Part shown: positions 55,665-64,000 of the stretch, one piece after another | How the letters are laid out: each line of letters opens with the position of its first letter | Position numbering within the stretch: the first letter of the stretch is position 1 | Source of the DNA: an uncultured Rickettsiales bacterium | GTDB taxonomy: Bacteria > Myxococcota_A > UBA796 > UBA9615 > CAYRNR01 | Assembly: GCA_964542165.1 (NCBI GenBank) | Contig: CAZITQ010000015.1 | Span: forward strand, 3,047 to 67,046 | DNA: 64,000 nucleotides | Direction: 5' to 3' | Notes under the pieces: model-generated | Database searches by the model: none | Seen by the model: only the letters and a program-made list of their open reading frames with translations | What the model was told of the DNA's origin: nothing | Position numbers and translations under genes: made by a program

Positions 55665-57584
55665 ATGCGAAGCCGGTTCCTGATCGTGCTGACCGCGATG
55701 GCTGCTCTGCTGTGGGCGTCGACCGCCCTCGCCCTGAGCAAGGACGACGTCATCAACATGAAGAGCGTGGGGGTGCCCGACAGCATCATCATCTCCACCA
55801 TCGAGTCGTCGGACGCGGTGTTCAACCTGTCCGCCGAGGACATCATCGAGCTGAAGCAGAACGGCGTCAGCGACGCGGTGATCGAGGCCATGCAGTCCAC
55901 GGCCGGCGACATCTCCACCGAGAATCGGCGCGTGGTGGATGAGCCGCGGGAGGAGCGGGACACCCGGGAGACCACCCGCCCCGACGAGGCCGACGAACGC
56001 GAGACGCGCAAGCCGACCCGTGACGAGGACGACGAGGAAGAAGACGACGACATGATCCGCGGGCGTCGCGACCGGGGCAACCAGGAGGACGACCGCAACG
56101 AGCGCGCCGAGGCCAAGGCGCTGGCCTACACGCCCCCCGAGATCAAAGAAGCCATCAACCAGTACAAGTCCAAGAAGTACCTGAGCTCCAGCTACAACCT
56201 CTTCAACATCCTCGACTCGCGCAAGTACCCCGAGCAGAACGTCAAGATCCACTACTACCTCGGCGACAGCCTCTACAAGCTCGAGCTCTACCACTCGGCC
56301 CAGGTGTACTTCGTCAAGGTGGTCCGCGAGGGCCCCGGGACCTACTTCGCGCCCGCGCTGACCAAGCTGGTCTACATCTGGCGCAAGACCAACGACCCCA
56401 CCGCGCTGATCCAGCTCATCGGCGACATCAATCCCGACGACTTCCCCTCCAAGGTCCGCTCGGACCTGATGTACCTGCTGGGCCGCCGCCAGTTCGACGA
56501 CCAGAACTACAAGAAGGCCCTGCGCTACATGGAGCAGGTCAGCGACCGCAGCGACCACTACCTGCAGGCCCAGTACATCCAGGGGGTGATCTACAACCGC
56601 CAGGGCAAGCTCAAGCAGGCGGTGGGCAAGTTCGTGGACATCCTCAAGGAGACCACCGTCTACGGCGATCCGGCCGAGATCGAGAAGGTCCGCCACCTCG
56701 CGTTGCTCAACATCGGCCGCATCTACTACGGCATCGAGCAGTACGACAAGGCCGCCGACAAGTACTACGAGTGGGTCCCCCGGGACAGCGAGTACTGGCC
56801 GGAGGCGCTGTTCGAGGCGTCCTGGTCCTACTTCATGACCGAGGGCCAGGAGAACCGCGCCCTGGGTCACATCATGACCCTGGAGTCGCCGTTCTACGAC
56901 GACAGCTACTGGATGCCCGAGATGATCATCCTCAAGGCGCTGATCTACTACCGGATCTGCGAGTACGAGGACGTGGGCGTGATCCTCGACGACTTCGAGG
57001 CCGAGTACAGCGCGGTCATCGACGAGATCAAGGAATTCATCAAGCCCTACGCGGACCGCGAGCTGCCGCCCGAGCACGCGTACAAGACCATCTACGGGAC
57101 CAACTCCACGTACTTCGACAACCTGCCGCAGGCCGTCTACGCCCACATCGAGCTGGACCAGACCTTCATGGGGCCCCACCGGCACGTGCTGCAGATCGAA
57201 TCGGAGATCGAGACCGTCCGGGCGATGAAGCCCCAGTGGCGCAACGCCCCGGTGGGCCGCGCGGTCCTGGAGCGGCTCCGGGAGGACCGCAAGCGCTACA
57301 TGAAGCGCGCCGGCATCGTGCTGGTCAACAAGCTCAACGACGTGCGCAAGAACCTCGAGGGTCTGATGGGCCAGTCGGCCCTGATCCGCTTCGAGGTGGC
57401 CTCGGGCGAGTACCGCAAGTACACCAAGATGTTCCGCAACCCCGATGCGGTCGACATCGCCGAGAAGCTCGAGTTCGAATTCGCAACCAACCCGCAGTTC
57501 GTGTACTGGCCGTTCAACGACGAGTTCTGGAGCGACGAGCTAGGGTACTACATCTTCACCGAGAAGGGCAGCTGCGAGAAGTAG
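55665..57584 (+). CDS. GltC/NfsC-like periplasmic/outer-membrane TPR protein
   Basis: Signal MRSRFLIVLTAMAALLWASTALA. Two short GV(P/S)D..I...I repeats, a highly charged linker and TPR-like helices. C-terminal ...YWPFNDEFWSDELGYYIFTEKGSCEK. Position and architecture match GltC/NfsC. Confidence 0.75.
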   Translation: MRSRFLIVLTAMAALLWASTALALSKDDVINMKSVGVPDSIIISTIESSDAVFNLSAEDIIELKQNGVSDAVIEAMQSTAGDISTENRRVVDEPREERDTRETTRPDEADERETRKPTRDEDDEEEDDDMIRGRRDRGNQEDDRNERAEAKALAYTPPEIKEAINQYKSKKYLSSSYNLFNILDSRKYPEQNVKIHYYLGDSLYKLELYHSAQVYFVKVVREGPGTYFAPALTKLVYIWRKTNDPTALIQLIGDINPDDFPSKVRSDLMYLLGRRQFDDQNYKKALRYMEQVSDRSDHYLQAQYIQGVIYNRQGKLKQAVGKFVDILKETTVYGDPAEIEKVRHLALLNIGRIYYGIEQYDKAADKYYEWVPRDSEYWPEALFEASWSYFMTEGQENRALGHIMTLESPFYDDSYWMPEMIILKALIYYRICEYEDVGVILDDFEAEYSAVIDEIKEFIKPYADRELPPEHAYKTIYGTNSTYFDNLPQAVYAHIELDQTFMGPHRHVLQIESEIETVRAMKPQWRNAPVGRAVLERLREDRKRYMKRAGIVLVNKLNDVRKNLEGLMGQSALIRFEVASGEYRKYTKMFRNPDAVDIAEKLEFEFATNPQFVYWPFNDEFWSDELGYYIFTEKGSCEK

Positions 57585-57632
57585 CGCCCTCTCGGGACGG
57601 ACAGAAACGACCCCATCGCCTGCTGGAGGACG

Positions 57633-60600
57633 ATGATGCGATCCCCTGTTACCCGCTGGCTGACCCTGTGCGTCGGCCTCTTCCTCGCGGTCCTCACCGC
57701 GCTGCCGATCTACGCGCAGAGCGCCAAGGACGAGAAGGAAGAGGAGGAAAGGCGCTCGATCATCTCCCGCCGGAAATTCCAGGAGGAGACCAACCGCGAG
57801 AAGTACGGCGAGATGGCCCGGGAGGCGCTGGACGAAGAGATCCGGCGCGCCAAGGACCTGCTGCGCAACGAGGCGTACATCACCGAGCCGCAGATCAAGG
57901 CCGAGCTGCTGATGCGCCTCGCGGTGGCCTACGAGGAGATGGCGAAGTACGAGTGGGCCGACGAGATGCACACGTACGACACCACCATCGAGGCCTGCTT
58001 CGATGAAGGGAGGGACGACTGCGACGCAGCCGTCCAGCTCGATCGGACGCGGTCGATGCAGTACAACCGCAAGGCGATCAGCTCGTACCAGAACCTGCTG
58101 GCGAACTATCAGTCCTTCGGGCGGCTGGACGAGGTCTTGTTCCGCATGGCGGTCACCCTCGAGGAGATCGAGGAACGCAAGGAGGCGCTGCAGACCTACA
58201 CCAAGCTGGTCAAGCAGTACCAGACCAGCCCCTACGTGCCGGACGCCTACAACGCCATCGGCGAGTACTACTTCGACAACAACAACGCCTACAAGGCGCT
58301 GCAGGCCTACAAGAAGGCCGCCGCCTTCCGCGAGTCGTCGATCTACACCTTCGCCCTCTACAAGCTCGGCTGGTGCTACTACAACGTCGGCGAGTTCGAC
58401 ACCGCCATCGAGACCATGAAGACGGTGGTCTCCGAGACCGACCGGATGATCGAGTCGGGCGCGGACGTGGGCATCTCGCTCAAGGAAGAGGCGCTCAAGG
58501 ACCTGGTCCAGTTCTTCTCCGAGGAGGGGAACCTGGAGGAGGCCAAGGAGTACTTCACCCGCTACGGGCAGAAGAAGTACTACCGCAAGATGCTCAAGCG
58601 TCTGGCGACCATCTACTACGAGCAGGGCAAGAACGAGCTGGTCATCCAGACCTACAAGACCCTGATCGCCGAGGAGCCGATGGCTCCGGACAACCCCGAG
58701 TACCAGGACCAGATCATCAAGTCCTACTGGGAGCGCGACGCCTTCGAGGAGGCCAACCGCGAGATCGACGAGATGCTCGACCAGTTCGGTCGCAACTCCC
58801 GCTGGGCCCAGGCCAACGCGGACAACACCGCCGCCCTGGAAGAGGCCGACAACCTGATCGAGAAGAACGTGCGCAAGGCCGCGGTCGACTCGTTCCAGCA
58901 GGCCATCAAGCGCAAGAACAAGGAGCTGCTGATCCTCGCGGAGATCGAGTACAAGAAGTACCTCGACTACTTCCCGGACTCCAAGAAGGCCTACGAGATG
59001 CGCTTCTGGTACGGGGAGGTCCTGTACAAGCTCAAGAAGTACGACCTGTCCACCGAGCAGTACGAGCAGGTGGTCCAGATGGACCCCAACGGCAAGTACC
59101 TCAAGGACGCGGCCTCCAACACCATCTTCTCGATCGAGAAGTACATCGGGAAGAAGCAGAAGGAGTGGGACAAGGAGGCCAAGGCCCAGCGCGACGCGAT
59201 GGAGGCCGCCGAGGACCCGCGCGAGCGCTACGCCCCCATCGAGCTCAACGAGTGGGAGAAGCGGCTCATCACCGCCTGTGACACCTACGCCAAGGTGCTA
59301 CCCAACGAGGAGAACACCTACCAGGTGCTCTACAAGGCGGCGTTCCTGCTGGACACCCGGAACCACTTCAAGGACGCCAACCAGCGCTACCTGGAGATCA
59401 TCCGGGCCCAGCCCCGGACCGAGACCGCCCAGTTCGCGGTCCACCGGATGCTGTCCACCTACGAGGCCATCGAGGACTGGAGCAACCTGAACAAGGTCGC
59501 GCGCGAGTTCTACCAGAATCCCGATGTGGGCAAGACCGAGAAGTTCAAGAAGGAGCTGTTCGAGATCTACCAGAACGCGACCGTGAAGCTGGCCGAGGTC
59601 AAGTCCCAGGAGGCCGACGAGACCGGCGATCCCGCGACCGCCGTCGAGGCCGCCGACGCGTACCTGGCCTTCTTCGAGGAGTTCGGTGACGCCAAGACCG
59701 CGCCGCTGGCCCTCTACAACTCGGCCGTCTACCAGTACAAGGGCGAGGACAAGGCCCGGTCCATCGAGCTGCGTCACCAGTTCGTCGAGACCTTCCCGGA
59801 CGAGCCCAAGGACAAGAAGGAAGCCGAGCGGCAGCTGTTCGAGAAGTCGGTGGCCGTGCTCGCCGAGCACTACGACACCATCACGGACTTCGACGAGGCC
59901 GTGAAGTACTTCCACATCCTGTACGAGCGCGACCCCGAGTTCGAGGTCGAGGGCTTCCTCACCGCCGACCTGGCGCTGCAGCGCGCCGCGCGCTACCAGC
60001 TGGCCATGGGTCTGTACGACGAGGCCGCCGCCGACTACCACGCCTGGATCGAGGCCCACCCGGACGACGAGACCATTCCGGGCATCTTGCTGCGCATCGC
60101 CGATGCGTACCGCAAGGCCGGCGAGCAGGACAAGGCGATGGAAGCGTACAAGGACGTGTACAGCGACAAGCGCACCGCCAAGCTCGACCCGGACATGGTG
60201 ATCTTCACCCGCAAGACCTACGGCGACATCCAGGCCGAACAGGGCAACATCACCGAGGCGCGCAAGTCCTGGCAGCAGGTCGTCAACGAGTACAAGCGGA
60301 TGGCCGGTTCGGGCACGACGTTCAAGCGGGCGTCGGTGGACGCCGCCGAGTGCCGGTTCAACCTGCTGGCGCCCGAGTTCGACACCTTCGACGCCATGGG
60401 CCTGTCGGCCGACGAGAAGAAGGGTCGCACGGACCTCAAGAACAAGCGCGCCAAGCTCGACGGTCTCAAGAACAAGTACCTCGAGATGGCCCGCGACGAG
60501 TCCGCCGGTCCCTGGTCCATCGCCGCCGCCTACATGGCAGGCCGCGTGGTGCTGGACCTCTACGAGGACCTGATGAACGCCGAGTGCCCGGCCAAGCTGA

Positions 60601-60854
60601 CCACTGACCAGTGCGACATGTACCAGCAGGGGCTGCAGATTCACGCGTACGAGAACTACCTGTTCCCCACGCTGGACGCGTACCGCGAGGTGCTGAGCGC
60701 CGCCGCCGAGGCCAACGTGTACAACGAGTACACGGTCAAGGCGATGGTCACGTTGGGTGAGCTGGCTCCGGACGAATTCCCACCGACGGTGGAGGAGATA
60801 CCGGAACCCGGGTTCATCACCAGCATCTGGACCACCATGGACTACGCCCAGTGA
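57633..60854 (+). CDS. GltD/NfsD (AgmU)-like large periplasmic TPR protein
   Basis: Signal [30 protein letters not shown]. 1073 aa of TPR-like repeats (e.g. [45 protein letters not shown]). Position after the GltC-like gene. Confidence 0.78.
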   Translation: MMRSPVTRWLTLCVGLFLAVLTALPIYAQSAKDEKEEEERRSIISRRKFQEETNREKYGEMAREALDEEIRRAKDLLRNEAYITEPQIKAELLMRLAVAYEEMAKYEWADEMHTYDTTIEACFDEGRDDCDAAVQLDRTRSMQYNRKAISSYQNLLANYQSFGRLDEVLFRMAVTLEEIEERKEALQTYTKLVKQYQTSPYVPDAYNAIGEYYFDNNNAYKALQAYKKAAAFRESSIYTFALYKLGWCYYNVGEFDTAIETMKTVVSETDRMIESGADVGISLKEEALKDLVQFFSEEGNLEEAKEYFTRYGQKKYYRKMLKRLATIYYEQGKNELVIQTYKTLIAEEPMAPDNPEYQDQIIKSYWERDAFEEANREIDEMLDQFGRNSRWAQANADNTAALEEADNLIEKNVRKAAVDSFQQAIKRKNKELLILAEIEYKKYLDYFPDSKKAYEMRFWYGEVLYKLKKYDLSTEQYEQVVQMDPNGKYLKDAASNTIFSIEKYIGKKQKEWDKEAKAQRDAMEAAEDPRERYAPIELNEWEKRLITACDTYAKVLPNEENTYQVLYKAAFLLDTRNHFKDANQRYLEIIRAQPRTETAQFAVHRMLSTYEAIEDWSNLNKVAREFYQNPDVGKTEKFKKELFEIYQNATVKLAEVKSQEADETGDPATAVEAADAYLAFFEEFGDAKTAPLALYNSAVYQYKGEDKARSIELRHQFVETFPDEPKDKKEAERQLFEKSVAVLAEHYDTITDFDEAVKYFHILYERDPEFEVEGFLTADLALQRAARYQLAMGLYDEAAADYHAWIEAHPDDETIPGILLRIADAYRKAGEQDKAMEAYKDVYSDKRTAKLDPDMVIFTRKTYGDIQAEQGNITEARKSWQQVVNEYKRMAGSGTTFKRASVDAAECRFNLLAPEFDTFDAMGLSADEKKGRTDLKNKRAKLDGLKNKYLEMARDESAGPWSIAAAYMAGRVVLDLYEDLMNAECPAKLTTDQCDMYQQGLQIHAYENYLFPTLDAYREVLSAAAEANVYNEYTVKAMVTLGELAPDEFPPTVEEIPEPGFITSIWTTMDYAQ

Positions 60855-60871
60855 GGCAGAGGAGACCAGCC

Positions 60872-62785
<1,914 letters not shown>

Positions 62786-62907
62786 GTACGGGAGGGTCTC
62801 GCAACAAAAAGTCAAGAAAGGGTCAACACGAAAGGAAACGGTCCACGTTGACCTTCGTTCTTGTATAACGAGTGTGCAGCGCCCTACGCAGTAGGAAAGG
62901 AACGGTC

Positions 62908-63174
62908 ATGAAGAGGGTATTGGCTATCTGCCTTGCCTTGATGTTCTCGCTCGGTCTCACCACCGTCGCGGTGGCCCAGGACGACGATGATCGCCGCATC
63001 ATCTACAAGAAGAAGACCGAGATCGACTTCGAGGACGTCTCCGTCGAGGGTGAGCTGAAGAAGCCCCACGGGGCCTACCTGCTGGACAAGCGCCAGGCGA
63101 CCTTCAATCCCTTGATCAAGCTCCGGACGGATTTCAATCCGGAGATGTATCAGTCGGTCCACGAGATCATGTAG
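62908..63174 (+). CDS. Small secreted protein in the GltF/NfsF position
   Basis: ATG 62908 follows AGGAAAGGA. Signal MKRVLAICLALMFSLGLTTVAVAQ. 88 aa total. Assignment is by size and gene order only. Confidence 0.6.
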   Translation: MKRVLAICLALMFSLGLTTVAVAQDDDDRRIIYKKKTEIDFEDVSVEGELKKPHGAYLLDKRQATFNPLIKLRTDFNPEMYQSVHEIM

Positions 63175-63291
63175 CTCGGGACCCGGGGAAGTCGAGGAAC
63201 GCGCAGTCCACAGCTACCGGTCCGCCGGATCGGGGTGCGTGGGCCCAGCAAGACGCGCTAGAGCACACAACCCGAGTACCAAGGGGTACCC

Positions 63292-64000
63292 ATGGCTTCG
63301 AACGAACAAACGCTCTCCTTCCAGATCTGGGTCAACGACGAGCCCAGAGAGACGGTGGAGACCGGCAACGAAGGCGTCACCATCGGCAAGGGTGAGGCCG
63401 CTGTCCTGAGGGTCGACGACCCGGCGATGGCGGACATCCATTGCAACGTGATGCCCATGCCGGACGGCACCATCATGGTGATGGATGTCTCCCAGGATGT
63501 CGGCACCAAGCTCAACGGCGAGGTGATCGAGAATGCTTCGGCCCAGCACGGGGACGTGATCGAGTGTGGAAACACGAAGATCGTCGTGCAGGTCGGCGAC
63601 GCGGTCGCGGAGGCCCCCGGGCTTCCGCCTGCAACGGCCGACGCACCACCGCCCGTGCCCGAGGCGCAGGCTGGGGCACCCGAGGCCCCCGCTCCTCCGC
63701 CGATGCCCGAGACGCCGGCCGACGCGCCTGCACCTCCTCCCATGCCCGAGACGCCGGCTGAGCCAGCGGCGGCCCCTGCGCCCCCGCCCATGCCCGAGAC
63801 CCCGGCTCAGGCGGAGGCCGACGACGCCTTCTCCTCGCCCACCCCCATCGACGGGGACGAGGACATGTGGGGCGACCGGGACTCCATCGCCGACGACATG
63901 CAAGCCACCGAGGACGTGATGTCCTTCGTGATGCGCTCGGGGACCGCCGACTCGGACCTGGGCGTCGACCGCCGGCAGGCGCCGGTGATCGAGGTCGGAC
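63292..64000 (+). CDS. GltG/NfsG-like protein (N-terminal FHA-like domain, Pro-rich PPPMPETPA repeats); the 3' end runs off the window
   Basis: Not in the ORF track (open-ended). ATG 63292 follows AAGGGG. MASNEQTLSFQIWVNDEPRETVETGNEGVTIGKGEAAVLRVDDPAMADIHCNVMPMPDGTIMVMDVSQDVGTKLNGEVI...GDVIECGNTKIVV fits an FHA-like pattern, followed by three PPPMPETPA repeats. Confidence 0.75.
   Translation, partial: MASNEQTLSFQIWVNDEPRETVETGNEGVTIGKGEAAVLRVDDPAMADIHCNVMPMPDGTIMVMDVSQDVGTKLNGEVIENASAQHGDVIECGNTKIVVQVGDAVAEAPGLPPATADAPPPVPEAQAGAPEAPAPPPMPETPADAPAPPPMPETPAEPAAAPAPPPMPETPAQAEADDAFSSPTPIDGDEDMWGDRDSIADDMQATEDVMSFVMRSGTADSDLGVDRRQAPVIEVG

Overview
Very GC-rich bacterial chromosomal segment. The gene content points to Myxococcota: three Hanks-type Ser/Thr kinases, a kinase-FGE-sulfatase fusion, two cyclase-homology proteins, many TPR proteins and lipoproteins, and a GltB/A-C-D-E-F-G type cluster. 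This taxonomic call is inference. The strongly acidic proteins hint at a marine lineage. I call 41 protein-coding genes (two run off the window edges), 2 tRNAs (tRNA-CAU and tRNA-Cys, both minus strand), 2 hairpin terminators, 1 in-frame tandem repeat and 1 isolated inverted repeat. I saw no rRNA, CRISPR array, transposase, integrase or prophage genes. Layout: (i) 1-12059 holds a kinase/cyclase-like/AAA giant plus a run of proteostasis genes (htrA-like, lon, membrane retropepsin-like protease, dnaJ, clpX, M23 peptidase). (ii) 13417-21216 is a seven-gene minus-strand array of envelope proteins around a 1157-aa cyclase-homology protein. (iii) 21507-36739 is a mixed envelope/cell-wall block (DUF72, GT39-like, dihaem cytochrome c, arylsulfotransferase-like, kinase-FGE fusion, PBP1A, GT4). 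(iv) 37590-45542 is a three-gene operon next to tRNA-Cys: a membrane-anchored caspase-like protease, a transmembrane Hanks kinase with an N-terminal RNxxxH (HEPN-like) domain, and a 1140-aa secreted TPR protein. I consider this the best candidate for an undescribed system. (v) 46579-52665 is exbB-exbD-tonB plus a TonB-dependent receptor that itself carries two TonB_C-like modules, plus a lipoprotein. (vi) 53821-64000 is a contiguous Glt/Nfs-type (gliding / spore-coat assembly) envelope machine. Most long ORFs in the supplied track are antisense or alternate-frame artefacts of GC-richness. Family assignments come from motifs read by eye. Start codons are best guesses based on signal-peptide logic and Shine-Dalgarno spacing. 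No database search was possible.
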